DNA of 64,000 nucleotides. Source: Macrostomum lignano. Lineage: Eukaryota. The notes under the pieces are model-generated. The model was not told where the DNA came from. It ran no database searches and was given only the letters and a program-made list of their open reading frames with translations. Positions 47,481 through 60,380 of this stretch are shown here, piece after piece (the first letter of the stretch is position 1; each line of letters opens with the position of its first letter). Made by a program: the position numbers and the translations under genes. The DNA is taken from positions 124,001 to 188,000 of the forward strand of contig NIVC01001661.1 in assembly GCA_002269645.1 (NCBI GenBank). Direction: 5' to 3'.

Positions 47481-47667
47481 CCAGCTAGAATTAATTGACT
47501 TGCAAGATAATTATAGTTACATTGGTCAGTTTTGACCATAGACAAAGAGGATTTATTTTTAGTTAGTGAGCGAACATCTAGAACTTAAGCTTTCCAGTCC
47601 AAGTACTACAACAGTTCAGGGGTCCATGATCGAGTCTCACAAGATCGGGCAGATATGGATATAAGAT

Positions 47668-50600
47668 TCACTGAGCGGCAGCAGCGGACAGAGTAGCTAG
47701 GTTGACAGTCTCCTCAGAAGCATCCGACCGCACCAGCCTGACTGACACCACCGACAGTCCGGCAAAGCCGACGAACTCGGCCTGATCCGGGTACACACCG
47801 TTAGGCAGAGGCGAATTAAGCGGAATCACTCGCTGCTGTTGCCAGGGCTGATCGATGAGGGTCTGCAGAGCATGCGAGATCACCACCAGATCGTGCATCC
47901 TGACTAGCTCTGACTCCACCAGCTCCATAGTGATGCCGTTGGCCCTGTCCTTGCCCACAGTCAGATCGAAGGTGATGTCCTGCAGCTCCGGCAGGCCGGG
48001 CGTCTCGCTGGAGCTGTCGGCAGTGGAACCGGCCGCCGAAGATGACGAGTTGGCGCTAGAACCGGCAGCGGCGCCGCTGCCACTGGGGTCGTTAGGAGCG
48101 CCACTGCCGGATGCGGCGCCGCTGTCGGAGCCGGGAGCGACCGGATCGGCGTCTTTGCGCTTGCGCAGGCGGAGCTTCATGCAGACTTGGCCGGGCTGGC
48201 CGCCGAGCAGTTTGCGATGCCATTCCAGACGCGCATCGGCGTTGTCCGACTGCGCCTCCGATGATGTTGCCGAACCGGCTGCCGTAGTTGCAGACGCCGC
48301 CGAGCCGGTATCGGCGATCAGCTTGACGCTGGAGGCCGCGGTTGCAGACCCGGCAGCGGTCAGGGTCTCCGACGCCGATGCCGCTGAACCGGAGACGGCG
48401 GCCGCGGCCACCGCAGCAGCATCGGCGCCGCGGCTATCAGCGGTGAGAGTGGCATCGCCAGAGAAGTCCCAGAAGTCCTGCTCGTCCGCGTCCGAGTCAG
48501 AATCGTATTCGCAGCCTTCGCCGGCTTCGAGCGCATCGGCTGAGCGTCGTTTAACTTTGACCGAGGGCAGCGGTGTGTCGCCGCTCAGCAGGGCCTTGAC
48601 GATGACTTCCTTGTCCTTGGCTTTGCCGCGGATGAAGCTGTGATGCAGCAGCTGTTTAGCGCTTGGCCGTTCGCCGTCGTTTCGTTGCAAACAGGCCGAG
48701 ACAAACTTGCGAAACTTCTGGCCGTAGGCGGAGAACTGGCCCGCTTTCTCCTCCACCGAGGTCAGGCTTGGGGGGTCATTGTTCAGCGTGAGCACGATCA
48801 CCTTTACTGGCGGGAACTTGGCGTAGGGTGCGCTGCCGGTCACCAGCTCCAGTGCAGTGATGCCCACACTCCAGATGTCCGCCTTCTGGGTGTAGCCGAC
48901 CTGGCGCTGCTCCATCACCTGGCGGTGGCAAAATCGATTTATGGGCGATTCTGTAGGGCGATTATTTTTGGGCGATTCATTAGGGCAATTCTTTATGGGC
49001 GATTCGTTGGGGCAATTTTTACGGGTGTTTCTTTAGGGCGATTCTTTATGGGCGATTCTTTAGGGCTGTAAACTAAGCAAAAGGCAGGTTTGAGCTAGTC
49101 CGAGAAAACACGAAGTGGCTAAAGCCAAGCGAGATATTTTATATTTGATTTTGCAATGTACACTAGCGATTGTACACTGAGCATAAAATTCCTTATGGGC
49201 GATTCTTTGGGGCAATTTTTACGGGTGATTCTTTAGGGCGATTCTTTATGGGCGATTCTTTAGGGCGATTCTTTGGAGCAATTTTTACGGGTGATTATTT
49301 ATGGGCGATTCTTTATGGGCGATTCTTTAGGGCGATTCTTTGGAGCAAGTTTTACGGGTGATTTTTTATGGGCGATTCTTTATGGGTGATTATTTAGGGG
49401 CGATTCTTTGGGGAAATTTTTATGGGCGATTCTTTCTGTGGCATTTCAAACTCTCAACTGCATACCTCAGGCGCCATCCAGCACGGAGTGCCAACAAAGG
49501 TGTGCCTGGACACGGGGTTGACAGACATGGCAGTCAGCGGGTTCGTGTTGATAAAGGCGGTAACGCCAAAGTCGGCAATAAGGACCGAACCGTCCTTTTT
49601 TAGTAGGATGTTGCCGCACTTAATGTCTCTGGAATAGGAGTAGATAGATTGTGCCGGTTGCAGGACTAAAGAAGCTACCGATATGGATAGACAATGAATT
49701 TTTTAAATTATCTTAGCCGTGAATTAAATTAATTAATCAGATTTTTTTGCCAGTCAAAGAGAGATTCTCATGCCAGTCTAAGGGAGATTCTCATGACAGT
49801 CTAACAGATTCTCATCCCAGTCTAACAGAGATTCTCATGACAGTCTAACGGAGATTCTGATGCTAGTCTAACAGAGATTCTCATGACAGTCTAAGGGAGA
49901 TTCTGATGCTAGTCTAACAGAGATTCTCATGACAGTCTAAGGGAGATTCTCATGCTAGTCTAACAGAGATTCTCATGACAGTCTAACAGAGATTCTCATG
50001 CTAGTCTAACAGAGATTCTCATGCTAGTCTAACAGAGATTCTCATGACAGTCTAAGGGAGATTCTCATGACAGTCTAACAGATTCTCATCCCAGTCTAAC
50101 AGAGATTCTCATGACAGTCTAACGGAGATTCTGATGCTAGTCTAACAGAGATTCTCATGACAGTCTAAGGGAGATTCTGATGCTAGTCTAACAGAGATTC
50201 TCATGACAGTCTAAGGGAGATTCTCATGCTAGTCTAACAGAGATTCTCATGACAGTCTAACAGAGATTCTCATGCTAGTCTAACAGAGATTCTCATGCTA
50301 GTCTAACAGAGATTCTCATGCTAGTCTAACAGAGATTCTCATGACAGTCTAAGGGAGATTCTGATGCTAGTCTAACAGAGATTCTCATGACAGTCTAAGG
50401 GAGATTCTCATGCTAGTCTAACAGAGATTCTCATGACAGTCTAACAGAGATTCTCATGCTAGTCTAACAGAGATTCTCATGACAGTCTAACGGAGATTCT
50501 CATGCTAGTCTAACAGAGATTCTCATGACAGTCTAACAGAAATTCTCATGACAGTCTAACAGAGATTCTCATGACAGTCTAACAGAGATTCTCATGCTAG

Positions 50601-53600
50601 TCTAACAGAGATTCTCATGACAGTCTAAGGGAGATTCTCATGACAGTCTAACAGAGATTCTCATGCTAGTCTAACAGAGATTCTCATGCTAGTCTAACAG
50701 AGATTCTCATGACAGTCTAAGGGAGATTCTCATGCTAGTCTAACAGAGATTCTCATGACAGTCTAACAGAGATTCTCATGCTAGTCTAACAGAGATTCTC
50801 ATGCTAGTCTAACAGAGATTCTCATGACAGTCTAAGGGAGATTCTCATGCTAGTCTAACAGAGATTCTCATGACAGTCTAAGGGAGATTCTCATGACAGT
50901 CTAACAGAGATTCTCATGCTAGTCTAACAGAGATTCTCATGACAGTCTAAGGGAGATTCTCATGACAGTCTAACAGAGATTCTCATGCTAGTCTAACAGA
51001 GATTATCATGACAGTCTAACAGAGATTCTCATGACAGTCTAAGGGAGATTCTCATGACAGTCTAAGGGAGATTCTCATGCTAGTCTAACAGAGATTCTCA
51101 TGCTAGTCTAACAGAGATTCTCATGACAGTCTAAGGGAGATTCTCATGCTAGTCTAACAGAGATTCTCATGACAGTCTAACAGAGATTCTCATGCTAGTC
51201 TAACAGAGATTCTCATGCTAGTCTAACAGAGATTCTCATGACAGTCTAAGGGAGATTCTCATGACAGTCTAAGGGAGATTCTCATGCTAGTCTAACAGAG
51301 ATTCTCATGACAGTCTAAGGGAGATTCTCATGACAGTCTAAGGGAGATTCTCATGCCAGTCTAACAGAAATTCTCATGACAGTCTAAGGGAGATTCTCAT
51401 GCTAGTCTAACAGAGATTCTCATGACAGTCTAAGGGAGATTCTCATGCTAGTCTAACAGAGATTCTCATGACAGTCTAAGGGAGATTCTCATGCTAGTCT
51501 AACAGAGATTCTCATGACAGTCTAACAGAGATTCTCATGACAGTCTAAAGGGAGATTCTCATGCCAGTCTAAGGGAGATTCTCATGCTAGTCTAACAGAG
51601 ATTCTTATGACAGTCTAACAGAGATTCTCATGCTAGTCTAACAGAGATTCTCATGACAGTCTAACAGAGATTCTCATGCTAGTCTAACAGAGATTCTCAT
51701 GCTAGTCTAACAGAGATTCTCATGCTAGTCTAACAGAAATTCTCATGCTAGTCTAACAGAGATTCTCATGCTAGTCTAACAGAGATTCTCATGACAGTCT
51801 AAGGGAGATTCTCATCCCAGTCTAACAGAGATTCTCATGACAGTCTAAGGGAGATTCTCATGCTAGTCTAACAGAGATTCTCATGACAGTCTAAGGGAGA
51901 TTCTCATGCTAGTCTAACAGAAATTCTCATGACAGTCTAACGGAAATTCTCATGCTAGTCTAACAGAGATTCTCATGACAGTCTAACAGAGATTCTCATG
52001 CTAGTCTAACAGAGATTCTCATGCTAGTCTAACAGAGATTCTCATGACAGTCTAACAGAGATTCTCATGACAGTCTAAGGGAGATTCTCATGACAGTCTA
52101 AGGGAGATTCTCATGCTAGTCTAACAGAGATTCTCATGCTAGTCTAACAGAGATTCTCATGACAGTCTAAGGGAGATTCTCATGCTAGTCTAACAGAGAT
52201 TCTCATGACAGTCTAACAGAGATTCTCATGCTAGTCTAACAGAGATTCTCATGCTAGTCTAACAGAGATTCTCATGACAGTCTAAGGGAGATTCTCATGC
52301 TAGTCTAACAGAGATTCTCATGCTAGTCTAACAGAGATTCTCATGCTAGTCTAACAGAGATTCTCATGCTAGTCTAACAGAGATTCTCATGACAGTCTAA
52401 GGGAGATTCTCATGCTAGTCTAACAGAGATTCTCATGACAGTCTAAGGGAGATTCTCATCCCAGTCTAACAGAGATTCTCATCCCAGTCTAACAGAGATT
52501 CTCATGCTAGTCTAACAGAGATTCTCATGCTAGTCTAACAGAGATTCTCATCCCAGTCTAACAGAGATTCTCATGACAGTCTAAGGGAGATTCTCATGCT
52601 AGTCTAACAGAGATTCTCATGACAGTCTAAGGGAGATTCTCATCCCAGTCTAACAGAGATTCTCATCCCAGTCTAACAGAGATTCTCATGCTAGTCTAAC
52701 AGAGATTCTCATGCTAGTCTAACAGAGATTCTCATGCTAGTCTAACAGAGATTCTCATGACAGTCTAAGGGAGATTCTCATGCTAGTCTAACAGAGATTC
52801 TCATGACAGTCTAACAGAGATTCTCATGACAGTCTAAGGGAGATTCTCATCCCAGTCTAACAGAGATTCTCATCCCAGTCTAACAGAGATTCTCATGACA
52901 GTCTAAGGGAGATTCTCATGCTAGTCTAACAGAGATTCTCATGACAGTCTAAGGGAGATTCTCATGCTAGTCTAACAGAAATTCTCATGACAGTCTAACG
53001 GAGATTCTCATGCTAGTCTAACAGAGATTCTCATGACAGTCTAAGGGAGATTCTCATGCCAGTCTAAGGGAGATTCTCATGCTAGTCTAACAGAGATTCT
53101 CATGACAGTCTAAGGGAGATTCTCATGACAGTCTAACGGAGATTCTCATGCTAGTCTAACAGAGATTCTCATGACAGTCTAAGGGAGATTCTCATGCCAG
53201 TCTAAGGGAGATTCTCATGCTAGTCTAACAGAGATTCTCATGACAGTCTAAGGGAGATTCTCATGCTAGTCTAACAGAGATTCTCATGCTAGTCTAACAG
53301 AGATTCTCATGACAGTCTAAGGGAGATTCTCATGACAGTCTAAGGGAGATTCTCATGCTAGTCTAACAGAGATTCTCATGACAGTCTAACAGAGATTCTC
53401 ATGCTAGTCTAACAGAGATTCTCATGACAGTCTAACAGAGATTCTCATGACAGTCTAAGGGAGATTCTCATGACAGTCTAAGGGAGATTCTCATGCTAGT
53501 CTAACAGAGATTCTCATGCTAGTCTAACAGAGATTCTCATGACAGTCTAACAGAGATTCTCATGCTAGTCTAACAGAGATTCTCATGCCAGTCTAACAGA

Positions 53601-54910
53601 GATTCTCATGACAGTCTAACAGAGATTCTCATGCTAGTCTAACAGAGATTCTCATGAAAGTCTAAGGAAGATTCTCATGCTAGTCTAACAGAAATTCTCA
53701 TGCTAGTCTAACAGAAATTCTCATGACAGTCTAAGGGAGATTCTCATGCTAGTCTAACAGAGATTCTCATGACAGTCTAAGGGAGATTCTCATGCTAGTC
53801 TAACAGAAATTCTCATGACAGTCTAACAGAGATTCTCATGCTAGTCTAACAGAGATTCTCATGACAGTCTAACGGAGATTCTCATGCTAGTCTAACAGAG
53901 ATTCTCATGACAGTCTAAGGGAGATTCTCATGCTAGTCTAACAGAAATTCTCATGACAGTCTAACGGAGATTCTCATGCTAGTCTAACAGAGATTCTCAT
54001 GACAGTCTAAGGGAGATTCTCATGCTAGTCTAACAGAAATTCTCATGACAGTCTAACGGAGATTCTCATGCTAGTCTAACAGAGATTCTCATGACAGTCT
54101 AAGGGAGATTCTCATGCTAGTCTAACAGAAATTCTTATGACAGTCTAACGGAGATTCTCATGCTAGTCTAACAGAGATTCTCATGACAGTCTAAGGGAGA
54201 TTCTCATGCTAGTCCAAAGCTGAGCGATTAAAATATTGAACTAAACGTAAACACATAGCTGAATTATGAACACACCGATGCACAATGCCATTCTCGTGTA
54301 TATACTGCAATCCTTTGATTGCCTCTCGCATTATAGTGGCAATGGTGCACTCGTCCAGCACACCGTGCGTGATGTCCCTGGTGGCCTTGACGTGATTAAT
54401 CATATCCAGTAGCGAACGCTCGCACAGGTCCATCAGAATGTACAGAAACTGATCCTCGATGAAGCTGCCATAATAGGCAACAATATTTTCGTGTCTCAGC
54501 TTCTTCATGCCCTGAGTCTCTCTGTGCAACTCGTCCATTGACACGGAGCTGCTGTCCAGGTTCACCACTTTCACGGCTATTTCGGCGTTATTCTTCAACG
54601 GGCAGAATGCTTTGTACACCCGCGAGGTGGCGCCGCTGCCCAGCTGCTTGTCCATCACGTAGTTCACTTTGCCTTTTGGCCAAACGTCGGTGCTTGCAGC
54701 GGCGCCTGCGGCGCTTGCAGGAGCGGCGCCACCGACGACAGAGCCGAAGGAGGCAACCGAGGCAGTGTTGTGCAGAGCCAATGGCTTCAAGGAGCCGTGG
54801 CCGACTTGCGCTGCAGTCGGTTGCTGCTGCTGAGCAGGGGGTTGAGCATTCTGCTGCTGCGAGCTGGACGCCGTTATGGTCTGCTCTCCGTCTCGGACTT
54901 CCTCCGACAT
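47668..54910 (-). CDS. OXSR1: STE20-family kinase of the OSR1/SPAK/Fray group with a C-terminal CCT domain, 3 exons, 682 aa
   Basis: Exons 54910-54276, 49628-49466 and 48918-47668. [34 protein letters not shown] and DIWSVGIT are all intact. CCT-like LRLR...[14 protein letters not shown]...ELV. Likely co-ortholog of OXSR1 and STK39. Confidence 0.9.
48940..49440 (+). repeat. GGGCGATTCTTT-type array, kinase intron 2
   Basis: Recurring ATGGGCGATTCTTT, interrupted by unique sequence at about 49065-49190. Confidence 0.88.
49760..54212 (+). repeat. 4.4-kb 23-bp minisatellite filling kinase intron 1
   Basis: Unit GAGATTCTCATG(CT/AC)AGTCTAA(CA/GG). Confidence 0.98.
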
Positions 54911-55039
54911 TGCAGCTTCTGTTTATAGCAGTTTATATTGATTTCAAGTCCGAACACCTCTTGCAGACGATGCTTAGCTGGGAAGGGAAGACTGGAGCAT
55001 GAAGACCAAAGCGGCTATGTTATAGCTTTAGGTTATAGT

Positions 55040-56000
55040 TCTATGGGCGATTCTTTGGGGAGATTTTTGGGCGATTTTTTTGGTGAAAAATGTGGGCGAT
55101 TCTTTTGGAGAGATTTATGGGGGATTCTTTTGGTGATATTTATGGGCGATTCTTTTGGGGAGATTTATGGGCGATTCTTTTGGTGATATTTATGGGCGAT
55201 TCTTTTGGTGATATTTATGGGCGATTCTTTTGGGGAGATTTATGAGCGATTCTTTTGGTGATATTTTGGGCGATTCTTTTGGGGAGATTTATGGGGGATT
55301 TTGTATGGAGATTTATGGGGGATTTTTCGGTGAAAAATGTGGGCGATTCTTTTGGGGAGATTTATGGGGGATTTTTTGGTGAAAAATGTGGGCGATTCTT
55401 TTGGGGAGATTTATGGGGGATTTTTTGGTGAAAATGTGGGCGATTCTTTTGGGGAGATTTATGGGGGATTTTTGGTGAAAAATGTGGGCGATTCTTTTGA
55501 GGAGATTTATGGGGGATTTTTTGGTGAAAAAATTCTTGGAAGAATTCTTGGAAGATTTATGGGCGATTATTTTGAGGAGATTTATGGGGGATTTTGTGGG
55601 GAGATTTATGGGGGATTTTTCGGTGAAAAATGTGGGCGATTCTTTTGGGGAGATTTATGGGGGATTTTTTGGTGAAAATGTGGGCGATTCTTTTGGGGAG
55701 ATTTATGGGGGATTTTTGGTGAAAAATGTGGGCGATTCTTTTGAGGAGATTTATGGGGGATTTTTTGGTGAAAAAATTCTTGGAAGAATTCTTGGAAGAT
55801 TTATGGGCGATTATTTTGAGGAGATTTATGGGCGATTCTTTTGGGGAGTTTCAAGGGCGATTCTTTTGGGAGATTCATGGGCGATTGTTTTGGGGAGATT
55901 TCTGGGCAATTGTTTTGGAAAGATTTATGGGCGATTGTTTTGGGGAGATTAATGAGCGACTCCTTTGGGGAGATTTATGGGGCGATACTTTCGGGATATT
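55040..56000 (+). repeat. GGGCGATTCTTT-type array between RTCB and the kinase
   Basis: Recurring ATGGGCGATTCTTTTGGGGAGATTT. Confidence 0.92.
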
Positions 56001-56925
56001 TAATGGACGGTTCTTAAGTGGAAGGGGTGATCATTTCATGGAGATTCATCGGCGATTCTCGATTACGAGTATTGTCATGGAATAGGCCGGAATTAACACA
56101 GGGGAGGGGGGGCAAACTAGGAATACGAGTATTTATAATTTTTACCTACCTGCTGAGATAATGGCTTAAAAAGATTTTAACAAACAGCCACAGTTATTTC
56201 AATAAAGATATAATTCAATAATCCTGCATTTGAAATTTATTATTAACAATACTAGCTACGTAACGCGAGAAAAAGAAAGCAAAAAAACTAAGCAATTAAA
56301 ACAATTTTGAAACATTTAGAATTGATGAAACATGTAGGCCATGCGGTGGGGGGGGGTTGAAATTATATAATAAACTGGATTATAATTTTGTAGGAAGGCA
56401 ACAGATCTGAAGAGAGTAAGCTAACTTTCACACCAGGATGTGTCTTAAACTATTAAGACTAGCTCGTGTATTGTACAGTACACGTACTTTAATATCAAAT
56501 GAAGCTAGTCACAGGTTTGCAGGTTAGATTACTGATTAACATTTGGCAACAGAGATGAAGAAACAATCTTCAAGTATCAATAGAAGGATCTAATAATGAC
56601 ACGGATGCGAAAATGCACTGACTTTGTGAATATTCTATACTTTAGCGTGTCTAAATTGATGGTGGCACGAGTATAAGGTAGATCAGAAAGTTCAGTGTTC
56701 CAGCTAGGAGTCTGAGAGATGAGGAAGTGTAGGAATCTCCATCCTACACCTGAGGAGTCTGGGAGATGAGGAATTGCAGGAATCCCCATCCTACACCTGT
56801 GAGGAGTCTGGGAGATGAGGAAGTGCCCCACCAGAATCCCACCCGTGAGTCTGGTACATGACGCATAACTCAGCAACATAAAACCGAACAAGTCCAAGAG
56901 TTTGAGGCGCACCACAAATTAGAAA

Positions 56926-59900
56926 TTATCCCTTTATAACCCCAATAGGCCGCAGCTTAATGCACTTCTTGCTAATACCGGCAGCGTGACAGGTGTCAAC
57001 AACGTCCGTGACATTTTTATAAGACTCTGGCGCCTCTTCCATGACCAGCTTAGGTGAAGCAACGCGGATGCTAATACCCTTAGCTTCCAGGGCTTGCAGC
57101 ACATCCGTATAGTCCAGATTGCGCCTAGACTTGGCCCGGCTAAGCGCTCTGCCGGCGCCGTGACAGGTGGAGCCGAAGGTCTCCCGCATGCCCTGCTCGG
57201 TGCCCGTGAGCACGTAGGAGCAGGTGCCCATAGTGCCGCCAATCAGCACCGGCTGACCGGTCAGCTGATAATCCACCGGTATCAGAGGGTGATGCGGCGG
57301 GAATGCCCTTGTTGAGCCTTTCCGGTGCACCAGCAGAGTACGCGGCCGATCGTTGACCCAGTGCCGCTCCACCTGGATAACGGTTGGACTAACTGGTAAA
57401 TACGATACATATCGGTAGTCTTTTTTGTATTTTATAACACGCAAAATAGACAGTCAAAAGCAGGACAACAACACCTTCCTGTGCCTTGGGGGCTGGCTCT
57501 TTTAAGTGTGAATCGCACGACAACTCCCTTACACCTGCCCCAATTAGGCCAGGTGTGCAACCGACAGCTCAGCCGCAGCTATTGCGCGGCGCATCTGAAG
57601 GCTGCGTACGGCTGTTCAGTCCATGGACTGGGGGGTCGCCACACACACCCTCCAAATTATCCCAGCTAATGCTGGCACCCATTTTACAGCTGGGTGACGT
57701 GAAAAAATGCAGAGATAAGTGTCTTGCTCAAGGACACAAATTGTTCCAGTTGGACTGGGAATCGAACCGCCGACCTTTCAGTCATGAGTCCGACGCTCTA
57801 ACCACTAAGCTAAAACCCCTTCGCCAAAGATAAACAAGTCATCTCTTAAGAAGCCCTTGGCCTCTATCACCACCCCTCGCTCGCTCACCTTGGCAATATT
57901 ATGCGACACGTCGTACACCACGTGCATGTCCAAGTCGTCCGGGCTGGCCCCGAACTGCCTGGCAAATGCCTGCCGAGTCAGAAAGGTCATGGAGGACCGA
58001 TTTACCCAGGCATAATTAGCCGCCGCGGCCATAGCCTTGAGATAGTCCTGGCCCTCCTCTGATTGGATGCGGGCGCAGGCCAATTGGCGATCGTTCACTT
58101 CGATTTTGTCTCGCTTCATAGCCTTCTCCATAGCAACCAGTGCGTCCGTGGCAACCTGATGACCCATGCCGCGACTGCCGCAGTGGATCATGACGCACAC
58201 TTGGCCAACCTCGTCTATGCCCATCTTTCTGGCCGCCGTTCTGTCGTAGATTTCGTCAACAATTTGAATCTCGGCGTAGTGATTGCCGGCCCCGAGGGTG
58301 CCCAGCTGAGGCAGGCCGCGCTTCTTGGCTCTGGCGCTTACCTGCGAGTTATTTTTGGCTTATTTTGAAATGCCAACCACTGGGGTTCTAGATAATGAAA
58401 ATATGCTCATAAACGATGGAAAATCTGGTAAATGTACATGTAGGTTCGGTGAAAATTTATCGGGGATCGGGAATTGGGATTTGGAGTTGGGATCTTAGAT
58501 AGGGAGTTGGGATCTGGGATCGGGAGTTGGGATCTGGGATCGGGAATTGGTATCTGGGATCGGGATTTGGGATCTGAGATCGGGAGTTGGGATCTGGGTC
58601 GGGAATTAGGAACTGGGATCGGGAGTTGGGATCTGGGATCGGGAGTTGGGATCTGGGATCAGGAATGGGAAACTGGGATCCGGAATTGAAATCTGTGATC
58701 AGAAATCGGAATCTGGGATCCGGAATTGGAATGTGTTCTGGGATCGGGAATTGAGATCGTGATCGGGGTTTCAAATTAGGAATTTGGATCTGTAATCAGG
58801 AACTGTGATCTGGGGATCCGGAATAGATTGGGAGCTAGAAACAAGAATAGGAATCTGGAATCGAGAATTAGCACTCGTATATTCGAAAAAACAAACTTTG
58901 TATTTAAAAATAAAAGCCTTTCGGATTTGAAATCAATAATTGGGATCTGGCATCATTAATTAGGATGAAGGCAATATGAAGATATGAAGAATATGAAGAG
59001 CACGGGGATAAGATAAAACAGAATCTTCTCTCACCTTGGTGGGATCGGCCTGCAGCATGCGGCCGTATTCCTCGCAGTGCTCCTTATCCTCTGCCCAGAT
59101 GTAGCCCTGCCTTAGCGACCAGTCCATGCCCATCTCCAGGGCCTCCTCCAGCGCGTTGGCGTCCATGGGGATCACGCCTTTGCTGCCAACGCCAACTGGG
59201 ATGTGGTCGAATAGGGCCTGCAGATCCAGTGGAATAAATTTAATTCGATAAGCTGACAATATTCTGACATTATATTTGACAACTGCAATCACCTGACTTG
59301 ACTGACTCTCAAACCAAATGACGTCACATGGCACTTGGCGCACTTTAGGCGACATTGTCACACAACCGGCGAGAGGCATTGCTGCCCATTCCGCCGACTC
59401 GCCTGAGCAGGCACACAAGGGCAAGGATACGTACACAGTCATACGCACAGGCACACACTCACACAGAAGTGCACAGCGGCCCTAACTTTATCGTTTAGGC
59501 ATGTACACTTCACTGCGCCGTGGGGGTTGACCCTCAACGGCGTTAATTGCACGAGCAGAGCCAAGCCAAAGAGCAAATTGATGTGACTGCACTTGGAATC
59601 GAGCCCGGGCCGCTGGCCACTGGGCTATTGACACTCAGGGTTTTTGGGGCCATACGGGGTTTCTTGGCCTCTTGAAAATTTCATTGGCAACTAGATTTTT
59701 GGCAACAGAGGCCAATCTGCCAACTTCATTTTCCTCATGCCAGTTGCATATTTCAAAAAATGATTTAGTAAATGTAATAAAAGTGCCATATGAATCGATA
59801 TGATGGAATTGTTAGTTTGTTATTGTTTGCAGCATAGATAGCAATCTTAGAGTTAAAGAGAATAAATTTCTGCTTTTCAAACTCAGCCTTGGAAACTAGG

Positions 59901-60380
59901 GGGTCGCGACGAGCTGACAAACCCCGCCAAAGCAAAATTGCACACCTGAGCCAGCTGCTCCTTGACAGGCAGCACGTCCTTCTCAAACAGCGACGTACGC
60001 AGCAGCCTCACGCCGCAGTTAATATCGAATCCGACTCCGCCAGGCGACACAACAGCGCTAGGATCGTCCATGTCGAAGGCTGCCATATTGCCGATGGCGA
60101 ATCCGTAGCCGCTGTGAACGTCCGGCAGGCCAACAGACCGGTGGACAATGCCTGGCAGGGCGGCTACGTTGGCGATCTGCTTCATGCCGGGCAGGAAGCC
60201 GCCGTAGCCAGCGGAGCGGCAGTGCTGGCGCAGCTCGTCGAACATCAGCCGTTCCAGATGGCTGTTGACATAGAACACGCCTTCGACTCGCATGTTGCCA
60301 ACGAAGCCTTGCTTGATGCGCCAGCTGTGCGGCGATAGGCGCTCAAGGAATTGTTCCTCTTCTTCGAAGGTGCGCGGCAT
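56926..60380 (-). CDS. RTCB: RNA-splicing ligase RtcB, 4 exons, 505 aa
   Basis: Exons 60380-59946, 59217-59035, 58341-57889 and 57372-56926, all phase 0 and GT-AG. Motifs [59 protein letters not shown] and RPIGVIKG. Confidence 0.97.
57465..57820 (-). mobile_element. tRNA-derived SINE, family B, with a CORE-like central domain (RTCB intron 3)
   Basis: A box TAGCTTAGTGG and B box GGTTCGATTCC, followed by TGTGTCCTTGAGCAAGACACTTATCTCT...CTGTAAAATGGG. Confidence 0.75.
58460..58830 (+). repeat. ~20-bp minisatellite, RTCB intron 2
   Basis: Unit GGGATCTGGGATCGGGAGTT. Confidence 0.9.
59333..59628 (-). mobile_element. tRNA-derived SINE, family A, copy 4 (internally deleted; RTCB intron 1)
   Basis: Same body as copies 1-3, with deletions in the tRNA head and linker and a truncated 3' end. 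Confidence 0.75.

Noticed and set aside
56577-56915. 112-aa ORF just after the RTCB stop
   Set aside because: Built partly from a short 3'UTR repeat (GAGGAGTCTGGGAGATGAGGAA) and shows no coding signature.
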